Source: a virus. From it: a stretch of DNA of 64,000 nucleotides. A program made the translations under genes and the position numbers. Shown here in pieces: positions 15,792-26,544 of this stretch. Position 1 is the first letter of the stretch. Each line of letters starts with the position of its first letter. The stretch lies in the IMG/VR virus record IMGVR_UViG_3300046163_000090, positions 32,001-96,000 of that record; one strand, 5' to 3'. The notes beneath the pieces are model-generated. The model searched no databases and was not told the DNA's origin. It saw nothing but the letters and a program-made list of their open reading frames with translations.

Positions 15792-18700
15792 AGACGTTTT
15801 TATTTAAAGGGGATATGGCTCAGAAATTTGGCTCAAGTGTCAGCTTGGACGTTCAAACTATGAGAGAGGCTTTAGTTGCATTTTTCTATACTCAAAAAGG
15901 TTTCAAGAAATATTATTTAGATAAAATGTCATCTGGAGTCACCTATGTATTTATTGACTCCAAGGACAATGTACTTGAAAACTTTTGCTCAGATTTAGTT
16001 CTTCAAGATGATGTATACGAGATTGTGCCTAATTTTGAGGCTTCGGGTGGACTTTTAGGTATGGCTGGCAATTTTGGCATGAATGCTTTACTGGGTTATG
16101 GGCTGCAGAAGTTGATAGGAGATTTGACTCCAGTAGAAAGTACTGGCGAGGAGTATGAAATTATAACTACAAATTCTTTCATATATACTTCTAACGAAAA
16201 TAGAGCAGAGCAAGGATTGCCAATTCCAGTTATTTATGGTCAACTTAGAGTAGGTAGTTTAGTTATTAATTCTAACATACAAAACTACGATTTTGATCAT
16301 GAAAGTTTAACTATTTACAGAGGAGCACAGGAAGTTTCCAGTTTGCCTAATATCGGTCAATTTAACTTCAATGAAAAAGCCTACGAGTTTTCTACTTCTA
16401 AAAATTTAAGGGGTACGCCTACTCATGGTAATTTATATCAAAGTGACGATAGTGATTCTTTTCCTAGAGCCAAAGGTCGTTACGATGGAGATCCAACTAA
16501 AAAACCTCCTCATGTATACAATAATAAGGATGGATCAAAACTGCCCAGCGCAGATCACGGAAATCAATCATTTAATAATGACTACGCTCATGAGCCTAAT
16601 CAAGGTGGACACAGAGAAACCTATGGGCCTTCCCTAAAAACTCCTAGATACCTCGAAGATACAAAATCTGCAAGTAAATTTGACGGAGGTACTACTGCCA
16701 AACCTTATCTATTCCCCCCCGAAGGAGCTCCAGAACTCGATGGTACATTTAGACCAAACGATTCTTCAGATGTTTGCATATCTATTAAAGGTAGAACTCC
16801 TTTATCTTCTCAAGAGCAACATTATGTTCTGGGCTATAAAACTAGAACTAAACCTATGACAGTAGGTAAAAGAGGAAATTACCAAAAGTTAGAATCCATA
16901 GGAGTCTTTAGATCTGTAGATGTTTTATCAGAAGGTCCTATAGCAGGTTTTGCTGTACCCGAAACTGGCCGATCATCTTACAATAATTTAGGTTACTTTG
17001 AAAACGATAATGGCTCAATATCTTTAGGGTACCAATCTTCTAGCGAAGCCGTCTTTATTAATAATACCGCTCAAGCTGGCAGTGTTACATTTGACGATGG
17101 TCTGCCAAATAATTTAAGTCATTTCATAGATACAACTAAATTTAGATCAAATGGAACAAGAACTAATGCCTTAACTTTAGAAAACGCAGGCTCTGGTTAT
17201 GCCCCAAATTTAGATGTAAATATTGTCGCCGATGGTACACAGCAAAACGGAATTTCTATTTTAATAGATCGTCCATCTACATCGGAATCGGCTGAATTTG
17301 GTGATTCAGAACTTGCGGATGAACCAATAATTGCTCCTGATGGAGAAACTTATTTTATATCAAGCAACAACCTTTACAACTTAAAATCAAATCTCGCGAG
17401 AGGCAGTCAGGGAGAATTTAATTTAAATTTTCTTGAAGTTAATAATTATCAAAACCCCTTATCTTCTTTTATTATTGAAGAAACCATAGATCATCCTGAC
17501 ACTGGCAATCCTCTTACCGCAAAAGGCTTCAATCTTTCCAGTATGTCTGAGTCAGATTTAGATGGCACTTTCGTAAGTACGGGAGGAGGTTATAGCAACA
17601 GGGAAGATAAAGAGATCATCATTGATCCTCCTAATAGCCCAGTTATTTTTCAGCCAAAGTTAGACAAAAACCTACCTTTTGATCGCAGAGCAAATGCTCT
17701 TGTTTTTGACATGGGCACTCTGTCTAATTTAAATGACATACAAAATAAAATTGATTTTGATGATGAATTTCAAGAATCATATCTAAATGTAGATACATCA
17801 CAAAAAGGACCCTGGAGCCAATTCATAAGACCTTATGCGGATCTCAGAAAATCATTTGGTTTTAGGCCTCAATCCTACACAGTAAATGATGGTATCGTAG
17901 AATACACGGAAACTCCAAAAGAATCTTATGAAAATTGTGTTGCTAGTGATAAACATGAAGAAGTTATAGGTTATTATGGAGTAAAGGCAGGCGAGGTATT
18001 TAAAGCAGGTAAGTTTCCATGGGATGATTTAATCGATAACGGAGATAAAATAGAGTATTATGCAATAACTTTAAGGGTAACTATAGACCAGTATCTTTTC
18101 CTAAAACCTGCAACTATAAAAGTTGTACATGTAGCTACCGCCAATGAAGGTAATAATGGTGGAGTACCTACATGGGGAGCTTCGGCTGTTCAGTCTTGGG
18201 CTCGATCAGGAACATTTTATAAAGATGATGTAAACCCTCTTGAAGAAGAGTCTGGCCAAGACATAGAGCAAGATTTTGACGACGATGGCTCAAAAGATAC
18301 AAAACGATACTATCGCTCAAAATATGACTATTTTATTAGAGCATCTTCAGCTTTACCAGCTGGGAGCTATAATCATAATATACATCTTTGTTCGCATATA
18401 CATGAATTCGCTCTTAAAAATGGCTACTTCACGGGTTCTCAAAGTAATGCAAACGATTGGAATGGAGTGGAAGTAGCAGTTCCATTGGGAATACTCTTAC
18501 AAGTTCCAGACTTAAGTCAGTCAATATTTAATGCATTTCATGCGAAAAAAAGCTCAGCATTTAAACCTATAACTTTACCAACTGGAAAAGATTCCAAAGG
18601 TATATCCAGAACATCTAGGTATTTTAAAATTACTCCTGCCGCAGGATCAACACAACCTAATACAAGTCCAACTTATTTCACATCGATATCCAATCCTAAC

Positions 18701-21700
18701 CTTTATTCACAAACAGTAATCGGAAATAATCTAATAACCCATAACCTTTGCCGAATTTTAGATAAAGGAGTTATTCCAGATCAAACTGGCCCAGAAGCTC
18801 ATAGAAAGGGTTATTATATACCAGATTTAGTTTACAGGATTGAAGTTTTTGTTATTAGGAAATTAAAAGTTGGTAATACTGAAAACTTTTTATACAAGAC
18901 TCTGTTGACTAACATTGATGCCTTTGCCGCAATTAGTTCTTATGGTACGGTAAGAGGGCTTTTTGTTAAAAATGTTCCAGACAATTGCGTATACGATTCA
19001 ATTAGTGAGAACTTTACCCCTTTACTATTCGGAGGAAACACTCAGCAACCAGGATTAAATCCTTTTCCAAGTTTAAGTTTTTCTGATAATGCTTATGTTG
19101 ATTGTGGTTTCTTTTTTAAAATTGATTCCAGCCAAAACTTTAAAAAACTAACAGTCGATATTGTTAATGGTGCTGTTGCTGAATTTAACTCTAAAACTTC
19201 CAGCGCTATAGGCTTTACTGATTGGACTAATTATGTATCTAACTCCCCATTTGCATTTCCTCAAGATACTCCTGGCTTGTCGTGTCATGGTGTAGCTCCG
19301 ACTCATACAACTTCACTCGGCGAGGCTTATAGAATAATAAATATTGACTCTTACGCTGAAACAACCGTAAGTCGAACATTAAGAAATGGCGGAAATTACG
19401 GCAAAATTAAAGTTCATTTAGAGACTATTTCTGGGCAAAATCCATTTAGCGCCAATAAATTCCAACAATCTCGATTCTGTACGGGCAGAGTTAAAAAAAT
19501 AACTCGATATAGTTCGGGTAACGGTTACTTAGGTTTAGATGGAAATACAGCAAGCGGTGAAACTGTATCGATTAATGTATTTAATGATTCTGTAGGGCTG
19601 AGGTTAGTTACAATTATAAATTTATTAAATAAAAATGTGGGCTACAAACCAAATTCGGATATTATTATCTATTTTGGTATATCTTCAAATAATGTTTTAA
19701 AGATTCCCAGCTCAGTCTTACACCCTAGCTTTACTCAGTATGGAGACGCAGATGGACAATTTAATTACTGGAATAGGTTATTCCCTGGAAAACTAAAACT
19801 GCGAACAGATGAAAATGGCAAAGTTTCCTTTGAGGGCACAAAAGTGATTGATCCAGGTTATACTTACACAAGTGATGTGACACCAGGTAATGCAAAAATG
19901 ATTATACCTAGTTTTTTATTTGCCTCCCAAACTCCTGCTGGCACTCAAATAAATTCCGCATTTTTTCTTGAATCAATAGCTTATTTCTCAAGTCAGGGAG
20001 CCGCGTCAACAATTCTGCCTACCAATCTAGATTTGTCAAATTATGCAAGCGATGTCGATGGAACCTCACCTTATCGCAATGATTATCTTCTTTTTAGTTC
20101 TCAACAACAAAACCACAAACAAAATGCTTTAGATCCAGAAGATCATTTTCCTAAAAGTAGCCTAAGATTAATCGTGCCTAAAGAAAATATTGTTGGAGGA
20201 AAGATTCAAAAATTATTTCAAGTATCTCCTGGACAAGGATTTAATAAAGATTTTATCGGAGTTGATCCATTTGAAGACACGTCTCAAATAAATTTCCCGA
20301 CCTTCAATGTAAAAACTGATAGCTTAGGCCGCTTTACTCAAATGTCAGTAGTTCATTCAGAAAATATAGACGGGTATTCACTCGATGACACAGATTTAAC
20401 TCCTTTAATATCTAGCCCTCCATCTTCAGAGATTGATCTCGAAACTCCAATTTCAGATGACCCTCATAACTGGGCTCGCTCTATTTACCTAAACTCAACA
20501 CCGATTAGGGATAAATTCGGTTTCTTTAATTTTTCAAAATTTGAGTTTGACTTTATGGGTGGATATACAAAAAATGGAGCCGACTCAAAGTTTTCAAATG
20601 TTTTTGACAAAAGTCAAATATCAGCAAGTGCCAAGAAAAATATCATGGAAAAAGAGTTTAGGCTGCCTGCTCAAACTCACTTTATAAATTACCCATTATA
20701 CGGCCCCCGCAACGACGGCGAGAAAGATTATTACTATACTCATACAGTAAAAAATCCAGAAGTTTCTGCAATATCTTTAAGCTTTAAAATCAATGAGCTA
20801 CATTATATTTATGAAGGGGACGAATCAATTGTTTATTTAAACCTAAGGCCTTTAGTTGGTGGCATTATTGGTTATATTGCTATGCAACAACTTTTTCGAA
20901 AGATCATTTCAATAGCTATACCAGATCCTCAAATAGCAGCCACTAGTACAGCTGTTCAGGTTATCCCTTGTACTGGTACTGGAGGAGGTAGTGGAGCTAG
21001 TGTTGGAGCAAACCCTCCTTCCTTATCTGGCATTGCAGACGTAGTAGCCATAGAGGCTCTCAAGGAGTTAGCCGCCAGTGCAATAGGTATTCTAGGTGCA
21101 GTTCTTGGTGTTGCACTTGCTAAAGAATTTCCCTGCAGTAAATCTAGTGGCGGCTTTCTCTGTATTAAAATGGGAGAAATAATTAAAAATAGTGGAGAAA
21201 TATGGCCAGCTAAAATGTTCTTCAAGATAGAATATGGCATTGAGGGTGAGAGGTTTTACGATTACGAGCTTGTGATTCAAGGATGTGCTACAAACCCATA
21301 TATAAAAGATATTTATATACCTGGGTTCTCACAATTAGTTCCAGATCAAGATCATGCTAAATTTAAAAAGAATAGAATTATAAAAATATCAAGAATGACA
21401 AGAGCTATGGACCCTGTAGCAAATGGTATATCTGATGCTCGATTTAAAATGCAAGCAGAACTTCAATCTATTACTGAGTACGTTGCTGGGTTTTTTAGCT
21501 ATCCAAATACAGCTATGGTAGCAACAAGAATAAACTCAAAAGATATGCCTCAAGCACCAAGGCGTGAATACTTTGTCAAGGGTAAGATGGTTAAAGTTCC
21601 TAATGGGTATGCCCCAACTAATGGAAGTTTTTCTCAGGCTATTAATTCTCAATCTGAAACATTCTTTGGTGAAGAAGTTAAGTGGACTAGTAATCCAGCA

Positions 21701-22831
21701 TGGGTTATTTTTGACTTATTAACTAATCCTATTTACGGTTTAGGTAAATACGGAATAACTGAAGATCAAGTCGATAAATGGTCTTTTCTTGATTTTGCTA
21801 AAAGGGCAGATGAACCTGTAACTGTTTATATAGATGGGGTAGAGGCTCAAGAAAGAAGATATATGTGTAACCTGTATCTTGATACAGAAAAAGAAGCCTT
21901 TAGGTACATAAAAGAGTTAATGAATATATATGATGCTGATATTAATTTTAGTGGTGGAAAAATATACATTAGCACAGATAAACCCAGCGATCCCGTGATG
22001 CTGTTTAATAATGCTAATGTTAGTGAATCTGGCTTTTCTTACTCAACAATCCCTAAAACAAATAGAATTACTGCAGTCACAGTTGATTATCTTGACGAAA
22101 GAGATAATTATATGCAAAAAACAGAGTACCTCGAAGAAGAGTCAGCTATAAGAGAGCACGGTTATTCCCATGCCAAAATAGCTGGTATAGGCATTACTAG
22201 AAAAGGTGAGGCTAATAGATTAGCTATGAGTAAACTTATGCAAAGTAAAATGGCTACAGAAGTAATTCAATTTACAGTTGGATTGCACGGCGGATATCTC
22301 AGAATAGGTGATGTCGTAGAAGTGATGGATAACAATAAGATCTCGCAGCATTCTGGAGGTAGAATAATCTCAAGGATAAACAATCAGACTATCGAAATCG
22401 ATGTTCCTACTGACGCAATTGCTGGTGCCCAAAAAATACAAATACAACAATACGCAGAATCGACAGAATCAACAACCACAAGCGAAGGAGAAGAGGAAGA
22501 GGCAAGGCCAGCCCAATATCAAGAGTATAATATTTCACAAATGAATGGTTTCGAGATTACTATTCAGGGATCATTACACTCTTCCATTAAAAGTTCATAC
22601 ATATGGGTTGTTAAAGATTATAATGATTCCAATAACGACCCAATTCAGAGCAAGTTTTACAGAATTAAAGAAATTAAAGAATCTGAAGACTCGCAGTACT
22701 CTATAACCGCCTTACTTTATGACCCCCGCAAGTACGATTATGTTGATCAGGCTTCAGGAAGCTTAGATAATGAAGACGAGTATATCGGACATCAAATAGG
22801 AACATCTCACCTCAAGGGAACAGCTCCGTGA
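15788..22831 (+). CDS. Fused gpI-gpJ-like tail tip / central fibre (host specificity) protein
   Basis: N-terminal gpI features (FKGDMAQKFG...REAL; EQGLPIPVIYGQLRVGS) are followed in the same frame by gpJ motifs (DVLSEGPIAG, YPNTAMV, WTSNPAWVIFDLLTNPIYGLG, IGDVVEVMD, SITALLYDPRKY). Confidence 0.88.
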   Translation: MKTFLFKGDMAQKFGSSVSLDVQTMREALVAFFYTQKGFKKYYLDKMSSGVTYVFIDSKDNVLENFCSDLVLQDDVYEIVPNFEASGGLLGMAGNFGMNALLGYGLQKLIGDLTPVESTGEEYEIITTNSFIYTSNENRAEQGLPIPVIYGQLRVGSLVINSNIQNYDFDHESLTIYRGAQEVSSLPNIGQFNFNEKAYEFSTSKNLRGTPTHGNLYQSDDSDSFPRAKGRYDGDPTKKPPHVYNNKDGSKLPSADHGNQSFNNDYAHEPNQGGHRETYGPSLKTPRYLEDTKSASKFDGGTTAKPYLFPPEGAPELDGTFRPNDSSDVCISIKGRTPLSSQEQHYVLGYKTRTKPMTVGKRGNYQKLESIGVFRSVDVLSEGPIAGFAVPETGRSSYNNLGYFENDNGSISLGYQSSSEAVFINNTAQAGSVTFDDGLPNNLSHFIDTTKFRSNGTRTNALTLENAGSGYAPNLDVNIVADGTQQNGISILIDRPSTSESAEFGDSELADEPIIAPDGETYFISSNNLYNLKSNLARGSQGEFNLNFLEVNNYQNPLSSFIIEETIDHPDTGNPLTAKGFNLSSMSESDLDGTFVSTGGGYSNREDKEIIIDPPNSPVIFQPKLDKNLPFDRRANALVFDMGTLSNLNDIQNKIDFDDEFQESYLNVDTSQKGPWSQFIRPYADLRKSFGFRPQSYTVNDGIVEYTETPKESYENCVASDKHEEVIGYYGVKAGEVFKAGKFPWDDLIDNGDKIEYYAITLRVTIDQYLFLKPATIKVVHVATANEGNNGGVPTWGASAVQSWARSGTFYKDDVNPLEEESGQDIEQDFDDDGSKDTKRYYRSKYDYFIRASSALPAGSYNHNIHLCSHIHEFALKNGYFTGSQSNANDWNGVEVAVPLGILLQVPDLSQSIFNAFHAKKSSAFKPITLPTGKDSKGISRTSRYFKITPAAGSTQPNTSPTYFTSISNPNLYSQTVIGNNLITHNLCRILDKGVIPDQTGPEAHRKGYYIPDLVYRIEVFVIRKLKVGNTENFLYKTLLTNIDAFAAISSYGTVRGLFVKNVPDNCVYDSISENFTPLLFGGNTQQPGLNPFPSLSFSDNAYVDCGFFFKIDSSQNFKKLTVDIVNGAVAEFNSKTSSAIGFTDWTNYVSNSPFAFPQDTPGLSCHGVAPTHTTSLGEAYRIINIDSYAETTVSRTLRNGGNYGKIKVHLETISGQNPFSANKFQQSRFCTGRVKKITRYSSGNGYLGLDGNTASGETVSINVFNDSVGLRLVTIINLLNKNVGYKPNSDIIIYFGISSNNVLKIPSSVLHPSFTQYGDADGQFNYWNRLFPGKLKLRTDENGKVSFEGTKVIDPGYTYTSDVTPGNAKMIIPSFLFASQTPAGTQINSAFFLESIAYFSSQGAASTILPTNLDLSNYASDVDGTSPYRNDYLLFSSQQQNHKQNALDPEDHFPKSSLRLIVPKENIVGGKIQKLFQVSPGQGFNKDFIGVDPFEDTSQINFPTFNVKTDSLGRFTQMSVVHSENIDGYSLDDTDLTPLISSPPSSEIDLETPISDDPHNWARSIYLNSTPIRDKFGFFNFSKFEFDFMGGYTKNGADSKFSNVFDKSQISASAKKNIMEKEFRLPAQTHFINYPLYGPRNDGEKDYYYTHTVKNPEVSAISLSFKINELHYIYEGDESIVYLNLRPLVGGIIGYIAMQQLFRKIISIAIPDPQIAATSTAVQVIPCTGTGGGSGASVGANPPSLSGIADVVAIEALKELAASAIGILGAVLGVALAKEFPCSKSSGGFLCIKMGEIIKNSGEIWPAKMFFKIEYGIEGERFYDYELVIQGCATNPYIKDIYIPGFSQLVPDQDHAKFKKNRIIKISRMTRAMDPVANGISDARFKMQAELQSITEYVAGFFSYPNTAMVATRINSKDMPQAPRREYFVKGKMVKVPNGYAPTNGSFSQAINSQSETFFGEEVKWTSNPAWVIFDLLTNPIYGLGKYGITEDQVDKWSFLDFAKRADEPVTVYIDGVEAQERRYMCNLYLDTEKEAFRYIKELMNIYDADINFSGGKIYISTDKPSDPVMLFNNANVSESGFSYSTIPKTNRITAVTVDYLDERDNYMQKTEYLEEESAIREHGYSHAKIAGIGITRKGEANRLAMSKLMQSKMATEVIQFTVGLHGGYLRIGDVVEVMDNNKISQHSGGRIISRINNQTIEIDVPTDAIAGAQKIQIQQYAESTESTTTSEGEEEEARPAQYQEYNISQMNGFEITIQGSLHSSIKSSYIWVVKDYNDSNNDPIQSKFYRIKEIKESEDSQYSITALLYDPRKYDYVDQASGSLDNEDEYIGHQIGTSHLKGTAP

Positions 22832-25113
22832 CAGACATTCTTCCAAATACAGGACAAGTGAACCTTACCTGGCCTTCTGCTTCAAACATTGAAGGTTACT
22901 CTGTTGATATAATTAGTAATAATTTTTTGCTAGATACAATTAGGACCACGGGAACCAATTATGTAGCTTCTGGTTTGTTCGAAGGGGATATTGTAATAGG
23001 TGAAATTCACACTGTTCTTGGTGGTAGAGTTTCTAATGTACTATATCACAGAACTTCAGGGCAAACAGTTGACCGCTATAATTTTAACGACGATAATACT
23101 GGTTTGTTTTTTGATTCTCTTCTTTTAAATGAATCTACTTTCCCGATATATAATAGCTCTATTGATTCTGACATAATTTATGCAAATGAATTTAACAGAG
23201 TTCGCTTAAATGTCAAATCTCCAAGAGATAACGAAATTATTAATACTTTTACCGATGAACCTTTTTTCAGTGGACTAACTTATGAATTGTATAATAATTC
23301 AGGAACCTTTGCTTCTGGGTCACTTGATTCTTTTTCTTTTGTTTTTAATGATAGTTTTCATCAACCCTCTTTAACTGGCAAGTTTATAGCCTACGATTTT
23401 CACGGGGGTTCTGCAACTGGATTATCTTCTTTCAAAGTTCAGCCTACAGAAATATCTTCAGTTTCGATCATTTCTAATTCAGGCAATTCAGTTAATGTTC
23501 AACCTGTCTATAAAAGATCTCCGTTTGCAGTTAATTATTATTTGTATAGCGGCCTTAATGATGTTGATGCTTTTTTTAGTGGAAGTAGCAGTAGTCCAAA
23601 TAATTTTTCTTTCTCAGCTCCTTCGGGAACCTCTGGGTACTTAGGTATTGATTTTATTGATTGGAATGAATCTACCCCAGAGTATAGAAGTTCTCAAATT
23701 TTAAATCCAAACTTTATTCAGTCTCCAGATCTAGAGCCTCAAAATTCAATTTTATACTTTGCTGTAAGTAGTACGGATAGTGGTATTTTTAATATAGAAT
23801 CTAGTAGAAGTAATTTAAACTCATCTGGATCTTTTTTTAAATTATCGATTGATAGCGATAGCGGTTCAAGTTTTGACTCTAATTCGTACTATACTGGTCA
23901 GTTTAATGAAGACTTTACTTTAGACTTTGATTATTTTAATAACAGAACTGGCAACCATGAAGACTTTTATTTCAATCTAGAATTATATAAAAGTGGCTCA
24001 TTAATTCAAGAAGACAGCTCTTTATTTATTGAGAGACTGCCTCAGAATCAATTTAATGATATTCAGTTTAAATATAATTATGCTTCTGGTTATGCTTATT
24101 TTGATATTAATTCAACACCAAATTATTCCTTTAGCGGTATAGATATTTTATACTCAGGTAATAATTATACTGGTTATAAATTTTATTCTGGAGAAGAGAT
24201 TCATTGTGAATACCCCAATCCAGAGTTTAATATTAAAATGGTTTCTGCGGCTAGTAGTGCAACTATATATGAAAAATCTTTTACTGGCCTAGCTGCTACA
24301 CCTCAAGTTAAATTCAAAGATGTTCCTTTCCAAGTTCCTGAAGGTACTGTTAATTTTGGTATATCTAATGCAACTGCTACAAATAATATTAATCATATTA
24401 GGGTATACAGAAAGCCTGCCGTAGTTTTACTTGGAGGAGATTTAGGTCCACATGTTTCGTCAGGTCTTAATTTTAATGACTATGAAGAATACCCGTATAC
24501 TGAAGAACCTGTTGACTTCTATTCCTCATTTCCACCTCTAGATATTACTGAGACAGCTAATTATCAGACTACTGGAGTAGGTTACACTGGTACATATGCA
24601 AGTGGTCGATTTTATCTTTATAAAATTGTTCCAGAAAATGGTTTTGGTACAGGTATTGCAGCTGAAGGTTCTTATGACTTTCCATCTAATACTTTAACTT
24701 TACTGGAGCACACAAAGCAGGTGGGATCAGCTATACAACTTGATCAAACAGTAAGTGATGTAGGCACAATAGAATCAAATGTAAACAGCATTGAATATGC
24801 TGTATCTGGATTATTGGAAGACTCTGTTTATATTACAGGCACTCAATTTATATCTGGAGAAAAGCATTTTCAAAGCTCAATATTTATTACTGGCAATGGA
24901 GAGAATATTTATTGCAATGAGCCCACCACTGGACTGCATGCTGTAAATAAAGATTACCTAGAGTCGACCATCTCTGGCCTGCAAAGCGAAATTAATTATT
25001 TGCAATCTGAATTATTACTCCTGAAATCAATAGTTATCCCAACTCCAACCACCACAATAACTCCATCTATTACGGTAACTCCAACTGTCACCATTACACC
25101 TAGCCAACCATGA
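22828..25113 (+). CDS. Putative tail-associated beta-rich protein with C-terminal coiled coil and Thr/Pro-rich tail
   Basis: FN3-like start (VNLTWPSASNIEGYSV), S/G/F/Y-rich body, fibre-like HAVNKDY motif, ending IPTPTTTITPSITVTPTVTITPSQP. GTGA overlap with gpJ. Confidence 0.6.
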   Translation: MTDILPNTGQVNLTWPSASNIEGYSVDIISNNFLLDTIRTTGTNYVASGLFEGDIVIGEIHTVLGGRVSNVLYHRTSGQTVDRYNFNDDNTGLFFDSLLLNESTFPIYNSSIDSDIIYANEFNRVRLNVKSPRDNEIINTFTDEPFFSGLTYELYNNSGTFASGSLDSFSFVFNDSFHQPSLTGKFIAYDFHGGSATGLSSFKVQPTEISSVSIISNSGNSVNVQPVYKRSPFAVNYYLYSGLNDVDAFFSGSSSSPNNFSFSAPSGTSGYLGIDFIDWNESTPEYRSSQILNPNFIQSPDLEPQNSILYFAVSSTDSGIFNIESSRSNLNSSGSFFKLSIDSDSGSSFDSNSYYTGQFNEDFTLDFDYFNNRTGNHEDFYFNLELYKSGSLIQEDSSLFIERLPQNQFNDIQFKYNYASGYAYFDINSTPNYSFSGIDILYSGNNYTGYKFYSGEEIHCEYPNPEFNIKMVSAASSATIYEKSFTGLAATPQVKFKDVPFQVPEGTVNFGISNATATNNINHIRVYRKPAVVLLGGDLGPHVSSGLNFNDYEEYPYTEEPVDFYSSFPPLDITETANYQTTGVGYTGTYASGRFYLYKIVPENGFGTGIAAEGSYDFPSNTLTLLEHTKQVGSAIQLDQTVSDVGTIESNVNSIEYAVSGLLEDSVYITGTQFISGEKHFQSSIFITGNGENIYCNEPTTGLHAVNKDYLESTISGLQSEINYLQSELLLLKSIVIPTPTTTITPSITVTPTVTITPSQP

Positions 25114-25472
25114 AACAATTAGACACAGAACAAGATCGCCGATTTTTTAAGAGGTTATGCAAAATTTTTACAGAAGTTGATACCGAAGCTCAAAAAAAAG
25201 CTGAAGAATCTAGAGATGAATTTGCGAAAGGAATTAATGGCATGCTTAAAGATGTTGATCTTGGTAACCTACCTAAAATTAGCGAATCTTATGATCACCT
25301 TATAAAAGTTGAAGAGGAGACAGGTTTACATATTCCAGCCGTAACATTTTTAGAAAATTTTTTAGAGGAATCCGCTAATGATGAAGAAAGCATAAAGCTT
25401 AAAAATTTTTATTTTAAGGTTAAAAAGAAATACATTGAGCACGAAGAATCTGAAGATATAAACAATTTCTAG
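25110..25472 (+). CDS. Hypothetical protein
   Basis: 120-aa ORF with ATGA coupling to the upstream gene. Confidence 0.65.
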   Translation: MKQLDTEQDRRFFKRLCKIFTEVDTEAQKKAEESRDEFAKGINGMLKDVDLGNLPKISESYDHLIKVEEETGLHIPAVTFLENFLEESANDEESIKLKNFYFKVKKKYIEHEESEDINNF

Positions 25473-25492
25473 AGCCCTCACCCTAATCATAA

Positions 25493-25497
25493 GTGTA
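25493..25497 (+). promoter_or_regulatory. GTGTA putative late-promoter motif (representative of ~15 copies)
   Basis: GTGTA 9 nt before the ATG. The same arrangement recurs at 29464 (+) and at 34917, 36985, 42503, 47990, 51751, 55466 and 58298 (-), among others. Confidence 0.7.
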
Positions 25498-25506
25498 TAC
25501 TTATGT

Positions 25507-26544
25507 ATGGATATATTGCTTACTGCAACACTGAACCGCAGCCTTTTTGTAAATGGGCTAAATCAAAATATAATATTCTTATCTGAAATGCTTAAGGATA
25601 TGGGTCACAATGTTTCTATTTGCGTCAATCATAAAGTTGAGGATTGTATAGATCCTCCTTTAGGTATATTGATTATGGAGGAGCAAGAAATGAAAGAGTA
25701 TGCTTTTGATTTCATACTTCAAGCGGGGTTTCAACTTAAAGGTGAAACGATTACTCATGCTAAATTAAGGAATCGCAAAGTCAAAAATATTCATGTTCAT
25801 TATGGAAATAGATTAATGGCAGATATTGAAAATTGTAATTCAAGTAAAACTGTTTCTCCATCTTCTCATATGGTAGACGAATGTTGGATTTCGCCTCACT
25901 ATGCATTCTCAATACCATATCTTGAAATTTACTACAACACAGACCAAGTAAAGGTTATCCCATATATATGGGAGCCTAAATACATACTTGATGTTAGATC
26001 TTATAGCCCTGAAGATAAAAAAAACATAGGTATTACCGAACCTAATATCAGCTTTACTAAAAACTGCTTGCTCCCTATTTTTTTAACTGAGAGAACTTTT
26101 AGAAAAGATCCCAAATCATTTAATCAATTACAGGTACATTGCTCTCTTCAGTTCACTGATAAGGCAATGTTTATAAGTTTAATGAAAAAACTTTCAATGG
26201 ATCTTGCTGGCAAGATAGTATTCGGTCCACGTCAACCTATAAAAGATGTATTAAATAACTGCAATGTAATTGTGTCTCATCAACTATACAATGGATTAAA
26301 TTACACATATCTCGAAGCTTTTTATTTAGGTATTCCTGTCATTCATAACTCTTCTTATATGAAAGACGTAGGTTATTATTATAATGATTTTGAAATCGAT
26401 GAGGGTTCTGAGCAACTATATAAAGCTCTTTTAACTCACGATGATTATCTGGATGAGTACAAAATCAAATCATCTAAAGCTCTCGAAAGATTTTCTCCTA
26501 ATAATCCCAGTGTTAGAAATAGATACCAAAGCATACTGTCATGA
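25507..26544 (+). CDS. DUF2827-like GT-B glycosyltransferase-like protein
   Basis: NGLNQN, WISPH, PYIWEP and SHQ..N.LNYTYLEA.Y.GIP.IHNS motifs, characteristic of this family. Confidence 0.72.
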   Translation: MDILLTATLNRSLFVNGLNQNIIFLSEMLKDMGHNVSICVNHKVEDCIDPPLGILIMEEQEMKEYAFDFILQAGFQLKGETITHAKLRNRKVKNIHVHYGNRLMADIENCNSSKTVSPSSHMVDECWISPHYAFSIPYLEIYYNTDQVKVIPYIWEPKYILDVRSYSPEDKKNIGITEPNISFTKNCLLPIFLTERTFRKDPKSFNQLQVHCSLQFTDKAMFISLMKKLSMDLAGKIVFGPRQPIKDVLNNCNVIVSHQLYNGLNYTYLEAFYLGIPVIHNSSYMKDVGYYYNDFEIDEGSEQLYKALLTHDDYLDEYKIKSSKALERFSPNNPSVRNRYQSILS

